Below, one piece after another: positions 9,511-18,336 of a DNA stretch of 24,000 nucleotides. Each line of letters begins with the position of its first letter. Within the stretch, counting starts at the first letter, position 1. Under the pieces are notes generated by a model. The model was not told where the DNA came from and did not search any database. It saw nothing but the letters and a program-made list of their open reading frames with translations. The stretch is taken from NCBI GenBank assembly GCA_021296215.1, contig JAGWBA010000008.1:80937-104936 (forward strand), read 5' to 3'. Source of the stretch: Flavobacteriales bacterium. GTDB taxonomy: Bacteria; Bacteroidota; Bacteroidia; Flavobacteriales; ECT2AJA-044. The position numbers and the translations under genes were made by a program.

Positions 9511-10058
9511 ATGTTTACTGGAATAATCGAAGAATTGGGCGAGGTTATCGGCCTACGGAGATGGCTCGAGAATTCCGAGTGGATCAGAGTGTGGCTCATA
9601 ATGGGGTTTGCCTGACCGTTGTTGAAGTCAATGGCGACGAATACTCTGTTACAGCGATCGAAGAAACGCTTAAAAGGTCCAATTTGTCTGACTGGAGCGT
9701 TGGAACACATGTCAATCTTGAAAGGTGTATGTCGGCCAATGGGCGATTTGATGGACATATCGTTCAGGGTCACGTGGATACTACAGCGAAATGCACTACA
9801 GTTGAGGAACGTAATGGTTCTTGGAACTTCTTTTTTCAGTACGAACCTGCGAGTGGACATATAACCGTAGAAAAAGGCAGCATCACTATTAATGGTGTGT
9901 CGCTGACGGTCGTTCACAGTGAAGAGACTTCATTTTCGGTCTCGATCATTCCCTACACGTACGAGCATACAAACTTTAAGGATATCATTCCGGGTTCGCG
10001 AGTAAACCTAGAGTTTGATATCGTCGGAAAGTACGCGGCTCGACTCCTATCGAAATAA
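9511..10058 (+). pseudogene. ribE: Riboflavin synthase with its N-terminus out of frame
   Basis: The canonical start MFTGIIEELGEVIGLRR (ATG 9511) is in a frame that dies at 9615. The rest of the protein (EFRVDQSVAHNGVCLTVVEV...GHIVQGHVD...ITINGVSLTVV...IIPYTYEHTNF..., track ORF 9504-10058) is in the +2 frame. The spacing between MFTG and SVAHNG is also about 15 codons shorter than in E. coli RibE as I remember it. Confidence 0.7.
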
Positions 10059-10059
10059 G

Positions 10060-10086
10060 AAATGCCGGCACTGAGGCCGGCATTTT
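10060..10086. terminator. Bidirectional rho-independent terminator between convergent genes
   Basis: A perfect 10-bp stem aaatgccggc (10060-10069) / gccggcattt (10076-10085) encloses a 6-nt loop. T-runs follow on both strands. It lies between the ribE stop (10058) and the stop of the minus-strand 690-aa gene (10108). Confidence 0.8.
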
Positions 10087-10107
10087 AATTTATGATAGAT
10101 CGGAATC

Positions 10108-12180
10108 TTAATCGTTTCTGATAAGCATCAAGTGACCTTTCACTTCAAGCTCTTCGCCTTCTTCACCTACTGCTTTCACAAAATAGTAATAGGTTCCTTC
10201 TGGATGACCTTCACCACTCCATCCGGAGCTTTGGTTTTCCCAGTCGTCCCATTCGTAAACCATATATCCCCAACGGTTGAAGATCTGACCTTGAAACTCA
10301 ACCAAATTAGCAGTTGAATCATTTTTAGTAACCGCATTGTAGTACGGGAATAGACCTCCAGGAGTAAATACGTTTGGCATCTTCAAGCGAGCCTCACGTT
10401 GGTAAACGGTGAATTCGCAGTAGTTCGATTCGCTGATATAGACACCACCAGTGTCGGTATACTCCGTTTGGATTCGAACCGTATAGTCATCAGCATCGTA
10501 AGGTTTTTCAATGGTGGTTGAAGTCGAAGTGGTGGTATCAACTGTACTCCATGTTCCATTAGAACCTTGGATCTGGACATAATACTCTGGATTGGGCAAA
10601 CCCCAATAGTCGCTCCAAGTAAGGTCGAGCAACAAGGTGTCCGAGTTATCGATGCAGTCCAGTAAGATACTCGCGATCGAATCGCTCTGTTGAGAAAGAC
10701 CTCCGTCGTAGACGATTTTTACATAGTAATTATAGGAATTGGTGTTTACATCGGTCGACGTTAAACTCAAATCTTCCCAAGAAGTCGTATTGAAGGTATT
10801 GATGATTCCACCCGGAGCAGGAGCGTAAGGCCCCGTAGGGTTCAATGAGCGGAAGACCTGGTATTCAGTAAACAAGTTGGCCAAATAGCTTAGGATCGTA
10901 TCCGTTGAAATACCCCACTCGACCTTCGTATGATCATCGTTTACGACCGTTACGTTCTTGAGGTCAATATCGACTTGGTAACAGTTGTAGATGTTAACGA
11001 GTAAGGTGTCAAATTCGGGTAGTGATCCACATTCAGACGTCAAAGAGTTTTGATCGTTACCCAATTTTGACCAGAAGGTATAAACTCCGTTCGAGCCCAT
11101 TGGGAATAGGGTAGTAATGGCAATTTGAGTCGTTTGGCCATTCTGGCAGTTCACACCCTGTGCTCCAATCACCGGAAGCGGGTTTCCATTAGGAAGCGAC
11201 ATACGGAAATCCGATCCGTCGGCTGAAATAGAGTTACAATTGATCGGACGATCGATCGTAATCACGAAAGTGCTATCACCACAAGGGATCGTAATGTCAG
11301 GACCAAGAGCTGGGCGTGGATTTACGAATACATTCACGGTGTCGTATACGACTGTTCCATTCGAGTCAGCAACTTGAACCCAATAGGTTGTGTTTTGAGT
11401 TGGGGTTACCGTATCATGCGTCGTGGTTGCACCGGTGCTCCAAAACAGGTTAAAAGGTTCACAACCAATAACCACCTCATCGATTCCCCACGCGTCCCAT
11501 CCTTGGTTACTCGTTTCCAATTGCGCCCAACGGAACGAGGTTGCCGTTGTCACGGCGGCATTCGGAATAGGACAGCGGTAGAGGTTCCAGTGATACAACG
11601 TGCTCATTTGTTGCTGAGCTAAAGTAGGATAAGGTTGCCAGTATCCTCCAGAACCCGGAACAGTAGTAATGAAAGGCGGTGCTGTGTTGAGGTTTCCGAT
11701 TGGCTCTGAGTTAGGACCGGGAAAGTCGGTCCACGCGAGACCGTTGTTGGTTGAATACTGCAGGTGAACCCCCTCGTCAGGTTGATCGGGGTCCTCGCAA
11801 GGTCCGGTACCGGGCACGAGTCCGTACCTCATCCAAAATTCAATATAACATGCCCCTTCCGCGATAAGGTCATACGTATTCGTGACCAACGTACGAATTG
11901 AAGAAGGCGTTGTTCCTACCCACAGGTGAGGACCGTTTGGTCCGGGGCCACATGGATTCGTAAATACCGGATTGGCCTGAGTGGAGCTCCAGCCGATACC
12001 GATGGTACCGTTGTTGAAGTCATTCAAAAGGAAGGCAGAGACACACTCAAGAAATACCGTATCACCTTCACAAATGGTCGTATCCTGGGCAGGAGAAATG
12101 ATAGTAATGTTCAGGCTGTATCCATATGACCAAGAAAATCCGAAAGCAAATGCTAATAGAATCTTTTTCAAAGCAGTCAT
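10108..12180 (-). CDS. Secreted protein with a T9SS type-B (gliding-motility) C-terminal domain and an N-terminal MAM/reelin-repeat-like beta-sandwich
   Basis: 690-aa ORF with a signal peptide (MTALKKILLAFAFGFSWSYG). The C-terminus is MPNVFTPGG...QIFNRWGYMVYEW...GWSGEGHPEGTYYYFVKA...KGHLMLIRND. The N-terminal region has PCGP..HLW.G...R.L.T, EGVHLQYSTNNGLAWTDF and SFRWAQL...WDAWGIDEVVIG. Confidence 0.85.
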   Translation of the reverse strand: MTALKKILLAFAFGFSWSYGYSLNITIISPAQDTTICEGDTVFLECVSAFLLNDFNNGTIGIGWSSTQANPVFTNPCGPGPNGPHLWVGTTPSSIRTLVTNTYDLIAEGACYIEFWMRYGLVPGTGPCEDPDQPDEGVHLQYSTNNGLAWTDFPGPNSEPIGNLNTAPPFITTVPGSGGYWQPYPTLAQQQMSTLYHWNLYRCPIPNAAVTTATSFRWAQLETSNQGWDAWGIDEVVIGCEPFNLFWSTGATTTHDTVTPTQNTTYWVQVADSNGTVVYDTVNVFVNPRPALGPDITIPCGDSTFVITIDRPINCNSISADGSDFRMSLPNGNPLPVIGAQGVNCQNGQTTQIAITTLFPMGSNGVYTFWSKLGNDQNSLTSECGSLPEFDTLLVNIYNCYQVDIDLKNVTVVNDDHTKVEWGISTDTILSYLANLFTEYQVFRSLNPTGPYAPAPGGIINTFNTTSWEDLSLTSTDVNTNSYNYYVKIVYDGGLSQQSDSIASILLDCIDNSDTLLLDLTWSDYWGLPNPEYYVQIQGSNGTWSTVDTTTSTSTTIEKPYDADDYTVRIQTEYTDTGGVYISESNYCEFTVYQREARLKMPNVFTPGGLFPYYNAVTKNDSTANLVEFQGQIFNRWGYMVYEWDDWENQSSGWSGEGHPEGTYYYFVKAVGEEGEELEVKGHLMLIRND

Positions 12181-12617
12181 TATTTAAAGGTCACAGTCAA
12201 GTTCGCTAATTCGAGGTCGGTCAATTCACGCATGTCGGTTTTACGAGTAAAGCGCTTATATTCCGACAAGTGTTCGTCACCGCATGTTCCTTCGATCGAC
12301 AACCCTGCGGTAAGCTCAAAACGAGCAGTGCGCTCGTCATCCGAATGTGAGTCGAAAGCCGGTTTGTTATCATGGTATGGGTGAGGAATCCAAGAAACTT
12401 CGACGTCTTGATCATTGGTGTTGGTCACTTTGATCAAAACATATTCGAGGAATACTCCATTTGCTGGGTCGTCACATGTTTGTTTCTTCATGAACACCTC
12501 AACCCCGTCTTGAGCTGTGTAAAGAGTCCATTCGTCGCTATTGATTCCATCCGGAGCTACTGCTGCCGATAGAGCCAGCCAGAGAGCACCCGCTAAGGAA
12601 AGAATACATTTTTTCAT
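12180..12617 (-). CDS. Small secreted protein of unknown function, translationally coupled to the downstream T9SS cargo gene
   Basis: The track ORF is 165 aa from 12677. The likelier start is the internal Met at 12617 (MKKCILSLAGALWLALSAAVA|PDG, a signal peptide), giving 145 aa. Its TAA stop overlaps the ATG of the 690-aa gene by 1 nt (minus strand TAATG at 12182-12178). I recognise no family. Confidence 0.65.
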   Translation of the reverse strand: MKKCILSLAGALWLALSAAVAPDGINSDEWTLYTAQDGVEVFMKKQTCDDPANGVFLEYVLIKVTNTNDQDVEVSWIPHPYHDNKPAFDSHSDDERTARFELTAGLSIEGTCGDEHLSEYKRFTRKTDMRELTDLELANLTVTFK

Positions 12618-12661
12618 ACTTAGATCGATGTTTAGGTTCGAAGCTATTGCGCCAAGAACAG

Positions 12662-12669
12662 CAAATATA
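12662..12669 (-). promoter_or_regulatory. Candidate -7 promoter box (TAnnTTTG) for the small-protein/T9SS-cargo pair
   Basis: The minus strand reads TATATTTG, an exact TAnnTTTG match, 45 nt upstream of the ATG at 12617. A TTG lies about 21 nt further upstream. The box falls inside the rejected N-terminal extension of the track ORF. Confidence 0.4.
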
Positions 12670-12786
12670 ATAAACACTGCTGCGGTGCTACAATATACGA
12701 AAGTTGGGCCAAGTTGGTTGGTATTCTACGTAATACAGTTTAGAATCGTATACTGAGCCAACGAAAAAGCGTAATTTCGCGCACTT

Positions 12787-14583
12787 ATGAAAAACATCCG
12801 GAATTTCTGCATCATTGCCCACATCGACCACGGTAAGAGTACTTTGGCCGATCGCTTGCTAGACGCCACTCAGTCTGTGACGGACCGCGAGAAGAAAGAC
12901 CAAATCCTCGACAATATGGATTTGGAGCGGGAGCGCGGGATCACTATCAAGAGTCATGCGATTCAAATGGTCTATCGACACAACGATCAGGACTATACCC
13001 TGAACTTGATCGATACGCCGGGACACGTTGACTTCAGTTACGAGGTGTCTCGATCGATTGCCGCATGTGAAGGTGCGCTATTGGTCGTCGATGCCGCCCA
13101 AGGGATTCAAGCACAAACGATTTCGAACCTTTACTTGGCCCTTGAGCACGACCTTGAGATCATTCCGGTATTGAATAAGATCGATCTTCCGAGTGCGAAC
13201 CCAGAAGAGATATCAGATCAGATCATCGACTTGATTGGTTGTGACCAAAGCGAGATCATCCCCGCATCTGCAAAAGAAGGCATTGGCATAGAAGCTATTT
13301 TGGAGGCCATCATCGATCGAATTCCCGCACCAACGGGCGATCCAAATGCCCCCCTTCAGGCGTTGATCTTCGATTCTGTTTACAATCCATTCCGAGGTGT
13401 AGAGTCGTATTTCCGAATTATGAACGGGAGTCTCAAGAAAGGGGAGATCGTCAAATTCGTCAATACAGGAAAGAAATACGATGCCGATGAGATCGGTGTT
13501 TTAAAGCTAAAACAGGAGCCCCGTAAAGAAATTTTTACCGGTGATGTTGGGTACATCATTTCGGGCATAAAAGATGCTCGAGAGGTGAAGGTTGGAGATA
13601 CCATTACCTCTGTAGAGCACCCTTGCGATAAAGCGATTTCAGGTTTTGAAAATGTAAAGCCCATGGTATTTGCCGGTGTTTATCCGGTCGATACCGAGGA
13701 GTATGAAGAATTGCGCGGGGCTATGGAGAAACTTCAATTGAATGATGCCAGCTTGACCTTTGAGCCGGAAAGTTCTGCCGCCTTGGGGTTTGGTTTCCGT
13801 TGCGGTTTTCTCGGCATGCTTCACATGGAGATTATCCAGGAGCGGCTTGAGCGTGAGTTCAAAATGACCGTGATCACCACGGTTCCTAACGTTTCATACA
13901 AAGCATACACCACATCAAGTGGCGAAAATTTTGAATGGGTGAATAACCCATCTGATTTGCCTAATCCAAGTTTGCTTCAGAGCGTCGAGGAACCGTACAT
14001 CACTGCTCAGATCATCACCAAATCCGAGTTCGTAGGGTCCATCATGACCTTGGCGATCGAAAAGCGGGGTATTTTGAAGAATCAGGTTTACCTTACTTCG
14101 GATCGGGTAGAATTGAGTTTTGACCTTCCTTTGGCGGAGATCGTGTTCGATTTCTACGACCGATTAAAGACCGTATCTAAAGGTTATGCCAGTTTCGATT
14201 ATCAGCCGATCGATTATCGAGAGTCGAACCTCGTTAAGGTCGATGTACTTCTGAACGGTGATCCGGTCGATGCCTTGTCGGCGCTTATTCACCGTGATAA
14301 TGCATACGACATCGGTAAAAAGATGTGTTCAAAGCTACGTGAGCTGATCCCGCGGCAACAGTTCGACATCGCCATACAGGCTGCGATCGGAGCTAAGATC
14401 ATTGCACGTGAGACAGTGAAAGCCCTTCGGAAGGACGTAACGGCTAAGTGTTACGGTGGTGATATTTCGCGAAAACGAAAGCTTCTGGAAAAGCAGAAAG
14501 CCGGTAAAAAGAGAATGCGACAGGTGGGGAATGTTGAAATCCCTCAACAAGCCTTTTTAGCGGTGTTGAAATTGGACAGTTAA
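12787..14583 (+). CDS. lepA: Translation elongation factor 4
   Basis: 598-aa ORF with the GTPase motifs [23 protein letters not shown] and NKIDL, plus the LepA-specific C-terminal domain (...[36 protein letters not shown]). Confidence 0.97.
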   Translation: MKNIRNFCIIAHIDHGKSTLADRLLDATQSVTDREKKDQILDNMDLERERGITIKSHAIQMVYRHNDQDYTLNLIDTPGHVDFSYEVSRSIAACEGALLVVDAAQGIQAQTISNLYLALEHDLEIIPVLNKIDLPSANPEEISDQIIDLIGCDQSEIIPASAKEGIGIEAILEAIIDRIPAPTGDPNAPLQALIFDSVYNPFRGVESYFRIMNGSLKKGEIVKFVNTGKKYDADEIGVLKLKQEPRKEIFTGDVGYIISGIKDAREVKVGDTITSVEHPCDKAISGFENVKPMVFAGVYPVDTEEYEELRGAMEKLQLNDASLTFEPESSAALGFGFRCGFLGMLHMEIIQERLEREFKMTVITTVPNVSYKAYTTSSGENFEWVNNPSDLPNPSLLQSVEEPYITAQIITKSEFVGSIMTLAIEKRGILKNQVYLTSDRVELSFDLPLAEIVFDFYDRLKTVSKGYASFDYQPIDYRESNLVKVDVLLNGDPVDALSALIHRDNAYDIGKKMCSKLRELIPRQQFDIAIQAAIGAKIIARETVKALRKDVTAKCYGGDISRKRKLLEKQKAGKKRMRQVGNVEIPQQAFLAVLKLDS

Positions 14584-14637
14584 GTCCTATTTCTTTGCTA
14601 CTTTAGTGCACCTGAATTAACATGTGAAACAGGGGCC

Positions 14638-16179
14638 ATGTCGAAGAAATTTAAAGAGCTGGACAACAAGATCGCAGAGGCCCAAAAGGGGGGCGGCGAA
14701 AAGAGAATAAAAGCGCAACATGATAAGGGCAAACTCACTGCCCGCGAGAGAATCCACTTCCTGATAGACGAAGGAACATTCGAAGAGATCGGAATGCTGG
14801 TCACTCACCGATCGACTAATTTTGGGCTGGACAAACAAAAGATCTTAGGGGACGGAGTAGTCACTGGATACGGTCGTGTCAACGGTCGGTTGGTGTATGT
14901 TTTTGCTCAAGATTTTACCGTATTAGGAGGCTCGTTGGCCGAAGCTCATGCTCAGAAGATCTGTCGGATCATGGATTTGGCGATGCAGAATGGCGCACCG
15001 GTGATCGGATTGAACGATTCGGGTGGTGCTCGTATTCAAGAAGGCGTTGTTTCGCTCGGTGGATATGCCGATATCTTCTACAGAAATACAAGGGCAAGCG
15101 GGGTAATTCCTCAGCTTTCGGCCATTATGGGACCTTGCGCCGGGGGTGCTGTATATAGCCCCGCATTAACGGACTTCATTCACATGGTAGAAGGAACTAG
15201 CTATATGTTCGTTACTGGTCCGAACGTGGTCAAGACGGTTACTCTTGAAGAAGTAACGGCCGAAGAGCTCGGAGGAGCCTCGGCGCATTCTACGAAAAGT
15301 GGGGTTGCTCATTTTACCGCTGCAAATGAGATCGCCGTTATTAAGCAATTAAAAGACTTGCTGAGCTATATCCCTCAAAACTGTGAGGAGGAACCGCCCG
15401 TGATTCCTTACGAAAGCTCAGATGAAAAGCGCCCTGATCTCAATCAGATAATTCCCGAAAACCCAAATCAGCCATACGGTATCAAAGAGGTTATCTCAGG
15501 AGTTTGCGATGCGGACTCGTTCATGGAAGTCCACAAGGACTACGCTGAGAACATCGTGGTTGGATTCGCTCGCTTGGCGGGTAAGAGCATTGGCATCGTG
15601 GCCAATCAACCGGCCTTTCTCGCCGGAGTACTGAACATCGAGGCCTCACAGAAGGCTGGTCGTTTTGTTCGTTTCTGCGATAGCTTTAATATTCCGCTAT
15701 TGGTCTTTGAAGACGTACCTGGATTTTTGCCGGGTACCGATCAAGAATGGAACGGGATCATTAGCCATGGGGCAAAACTATTGTACGCCTTCAGCGAAGC
15801 CACCGTTCCACGTGTTACGGTGATCACTCGCAAGGCATATGGCGGTGCCTATGATGTAATGAATTCGAAGCATATCGGTGCCGATATGAACTTTGCCTGG
15901 CCAACGGCCGAGATTGCCGTAATGGGCGCCAAAGGTGCTGCGGAGATCATTTTCCGAAAAGAAATTGCCTCAGCGGACGACCCAGCAGCCAAGCACGCGG
16001 AGAAAGAAGCGGAATATGCGGAGCTCTTCGCCCATCCTTATAACGCTGCTGCACGTGAATATGTAGACGAAGTCATTAAACCGGAAGTCACCCGCGAAAA
16101 ACTTATTCGCGCATTTGAGATGCTCAAGAACAAAGTAGATCAGTTGCCGAAGAAGAAACACGGGAACATTCCTTTATAA
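14638..16179 (+). CDS. Acyl-CoA carboxylase carboxyltransferase (beta) subunit, propionyl-CoA carboxylase / methylmalonyl-CoA decarboxylase type
   Basis: 513-aa ORF with the full two-domain carboxyltransferase pattern ([65 protein letters not shown]). No biotin-carrier or biotin-carboxylase partner gene is adjacent. Confidence 0.9.
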   Translation: MSKKFKELDNKIAEAQKGGGEKRIKAQHDKGKLTARERIHFLIDEGTFEEIGMLVTHRSTNFGLDKQKILGDGVVTGYGRVNGRLVYVFAQDFTVLGGSLAEAHAQKICRIMDLAMQNGAPVIGLNDSGGARIQEGVVSLGGYADIFYRNTRASGVIPQLSAIMGPCAGGAVYSPALTDFIHMVEGTSYMFVTGPNVVKTVTLEEVTAEELGGASAHSTKSGVAHFTAANEIAVIKQLKDLLSYIPQNCEEEPPVIPYESSDEKRPDLNQIIPENPNQPYGIKEVISGVCDADSFMEVHKDYAENIVVGFARLAGKSIGIVANQPAFLAGVLNIEASQKAGRFVRFCDSFNIPLLVFEDVPGFLPGTDQEWNGIISHGAKLLYAFSEATVPRVTVITRKAYGGAYDVMNSKHIGADMNFAWPTAEIAVMGAKGAAEIIFRKEIASADDPAAKHAEKEAEYAELFAHPYNAAAREYVDEVIKPEVTREKLIRAFEMLKNKVDQLPKKKHGNIPL

Positions 16180-16206
16180 TTTGAACTGAAACAAAAACTA
16201 TCTGAA

Positions 16207-16830
16207 ATGAAAAAAGCAATCTCCTTTGTGTTCGCCGTGATCGCGAGCGCTTCATTGATGTCCTTTGGGTCGGCTGATTCAGGAAACCAACTGTCGATCG
16301 GCGATAATATGCCTATGGCGCACATTAAAATGGCTGGAGTTGACGGCAATGAAGTCAATCTTCGCGAGGCCATGAAGCCAAACGGTTTGTTGGTGATCTT
16401 TACGTGTAACACCTGTCCCTTTGTTTTGGAATGGGAAGAAACGTACAACGACCTCTACGAGGTAGCTTCTGGAAACAACATGGGTATGATTCTCGTGAAC
16501 TCCAATGAAGCTAAAAGAACCGGCGATGACAGCATGGAAGAAATGATCGCCCATGCCAAAGCGCAGAACTATGCCGCTCCTTACGTGATTGATGAGAATC
16601 ATGTCGTGGCAGATGCATTTGGTGCCAACACGACTCCTCACGTGTACCTATTTGACAAAAACCTCAGCTTGATCTATACCGGTTGTATCGACGATCGTTA
16701 TGAGAACAGCGAAAAGGCGGTTACTAAAACGTATTTAGTTGACGCAATGAACGCGTATTCAGATAAGGCCGCGATAGATCCGGCTGTGACGAAAAACAAA
16801 GGATGCAGTATTAAGCGCGTCAAAAAGTAA
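16207..16830 (+). CDS. Secreted thioredoxin-fold protein (thioredoxin/redoxin family)
   Basis: 207-aa ORF with a signal peptide and the CxxC motif FTCNTCPF. It also has the PYVIDENHVVADAFGANTTPHVYLFD block and a C-terminal GCSIK, as in the thioredoxin-family proteins common in Bacteroidota and cyanobacteria. Confidence 0.75.
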   Translation: MKKAISFVFAVIASASLMSFGSADSGNQLSIGDNMPMAHIKMAGVDGNEVNLREAMKPNGLLVIFTCNTCPFVLEWEETYNDLYEVASGNNMGMILVNSNEAKRTGDDSMEEMIAHAKAQNYAAPYVIDENHVVADAFGANTTPHVYLFDKNLSLIYTGCIDDRYENSEKAVTKTYLVDAMNAYSDKAAIDPAVTKNKGCSIKRVKK

Positions 16831-16851
16831 TAACGAGAAAATAGGTTCTTC

Positions 16852-18123
16852 ATGAACATCCTGGTCCTTGGGTCGGGTGGGCGCGAGCATGCTTTAAGCT
16901 GGAAGATCGCCCAAAGCCCGGAAGTTGACAACATATATATAGGTCCCGGGAATGGGGGTACGGGTTTAGTTGGAACTAATGTTCCGCTCAACCCCAACGA
17001 TTTTAGCTCCATTGCCGAGTTCATTCGGGATAATGAAATAGACGGTGTTGTCGTTGGGCCAGAAGATCCATTGGTCAACGGTGTTCGAGATGCGTTGGAA
17101 GCGGAGTTCTCACATGACCAACTTTGGATCATAGGTCCCGGGAATGGTGGTGCTCAATTAGAAGGATCCAAGGAGTTTGCCAAGAATTTCATGGAGCGGC
17201 ACAACATCCCGACTGCACGGAATAAAAGTGTGGACAGCTCGAATCTGGCCGAAGGCCATCGTCTTTTGGAATCGTTTTCGCCGCCCTATGTATTGAAGGC
17301 GGACGGCCTCGCGGCCGGAAAAGGTGTTTTGATCCTCGATGACCTCGACGAGGCGAAGTCGGAGTTGAGTGCTATGCTCGACGGGAAATTTGGCGATGCG
17401 AGTGCGAAGGTCGTTGTGGAGGAGTACTTGGCCGGTATAGAGCTGTCGGTATTCGTTTTAACGGATGGCGAAACCTACCGCTTGTTGCCATCGGCAAAGG
17501 ATTACAAACGGATCGGGGAAGGTGATACGGGCTTGAATACGGGCGGAATGGGCGCGATAAGCCCCGTGCCTCATGCCGATGATGCATTTTTGTCCAAGGT
17601 AGAAGAGCGTATCGTGAAACCAACGGTCGATGGCCTCAAGAAGGATGGGATTCCCTACTGTGGATTCATCTTTTTGGGACTCATGAAGGTGGGAGACGAT
17701 CCTTATGTGATCGAGTACAACGTTCGAATGGGTGACCCGGAAACCGAGGTGGTGTTACCCCGACTAAAAGGTGATTTTGCAGAGATCATGAAGGCTACCG
17801 GAACTGGTACATTGGATAAAGTGTCGGTGGAAACCGTGGACGAAACGGCCGTTACCGTGATGTTGGTCAGCGGAGGTTATCCTGAGTCTTACGAAAAGGG
17901 AAAACAGATCACCGGAGTTGGTGACGTCGAGGAAAGCATCGTTTTCCACGCCGGTACGAAACTCGAGGATGGAGTGCTCAAGACTTCTGGCGGTAGAGTT
18001 ATTGCGGTAACCTCAATGGCCGATGATCGCCAAGAAGCGTTGCGGAAAAGCTATGCGAGTGCGTCTCGCATTGAGTTCGACAAAATGAACTATCGGAAGG
18101 ATATAGGATTCGATCTGGATTGA
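16852..18123 (+). CDS. purD: Phosphoribosylamine-glycine ligase
   Basis: 423-aa ORF beginning MNILVLGSGGREHALSWKIAQSP, with an ATP-grasp core and a conserved C-terminal domain (GGRVIAVTS). Confidence 0.96.
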   Translation: MNILVLGSGGREHALSWKIAQSPEVDNIYIGPGNGGTGLVGTNVPLNPNDFSSIAEFIRDNEIDGVVVGPEDPLVNGVRDALEAEFSHDQLWIIGPGNGGAQLEGSKEFAKNFMERHNIPTARNKSVDSSNLAEGHRLLESFSPPYVLKADGLAAGKGVLILDDLDEAKSELSAMLDGKFGDASAKVVVEEYLAGIELSVFVLTDGETYRLLPSAKDYKRIGEGDTGLNTGGMGAISPVPHADDAFLSKVEERIVKPTVDGLKKDGIPYCGFIFLGLMKVGDDPYVIEYNVRMGDPETEVVLPRLKGDFAEIMKATGTGTLDKVSVETVDETAVTVMLVSGGYPESYEKGKQITGVGDVEESIVFHAGTKLEDGVLKTSGGRVIAVTSMADDRQEALRKSYASASRIEFDKMNYRKDIGFDLD

Positions 18124-18127
18124 TCGA

Positions 18128-18292
18128 TCACTGCTCGCCTGCTCGCTTGAACTTGACCAATTGGCCCATCCAGTATAGGAAAGCTGCGGCACCGACTAAA
18201 AGGAATACCAAGTTGGCTGTGTTTCCCAATGCAGGGAAAATTTGAAAGGTCATTTGTAGAAAATCTCCGAGTCCGGTCCAGAATTCCGTCAT
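18128..18292 (-). CDS. Small (54 aa) membrane protein, not in the ORF track (possibly the DUF6341-like family of Bacteroidota)
   Basis: My translation of the minus strand from ATG 18292 gives MTEFWTGLGDFLQMTFQIFPALGNTANLVFLLVGAAAFLYWMGQLVKFKRAGEQ*. It has one clear TM helix followed by a basic tail. It is divergent from the 18337 membrane-protein gene and convergent with purD. The family name is from memory only. Confidence 0.55.
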   Translation of the reverse strand: MTEFWTGLGDFLQMTFQIFPALGNTANLVFLLVGAAAFLYWMGQLVKFKRAGEQ

Positions 18293-18336
18293 GGCAATTA
18301 CTTTTGAGTCGGGCCAAAATTAAGTAAAAAAGCACA

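Noticed and set aside
9565-9575. Overlapping XhoI and EcoRI sites (CTCGAGAATTC) exactly at the presumed ribE deletion junction, which could look like a cloning scar
   Set aside because: GAATTC and CTCGAG each occur several more times in this window, so the coincidence is not very improbable. There is no other vector-like or marker sequence nearby. The sequence alone gives no support for engineering.
9156-9917. 253-aa minus-strand ORF spanning the end of the 871-aa gene and the start of ribE
   Set aside because: It is antisense to two well-supported genes and crosses their intergenic gap. Its composition is low-complexity and it has no recognisable motifs. It is most simply a shadow ORF.
16698-17132. 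144-aa minus-strand ORF across the thioredoxin-like/purD junction
   Set aside because: It is antisense to the highly conserved purD N-terminus and spans an intergenic gap. It is a shadow ORF.
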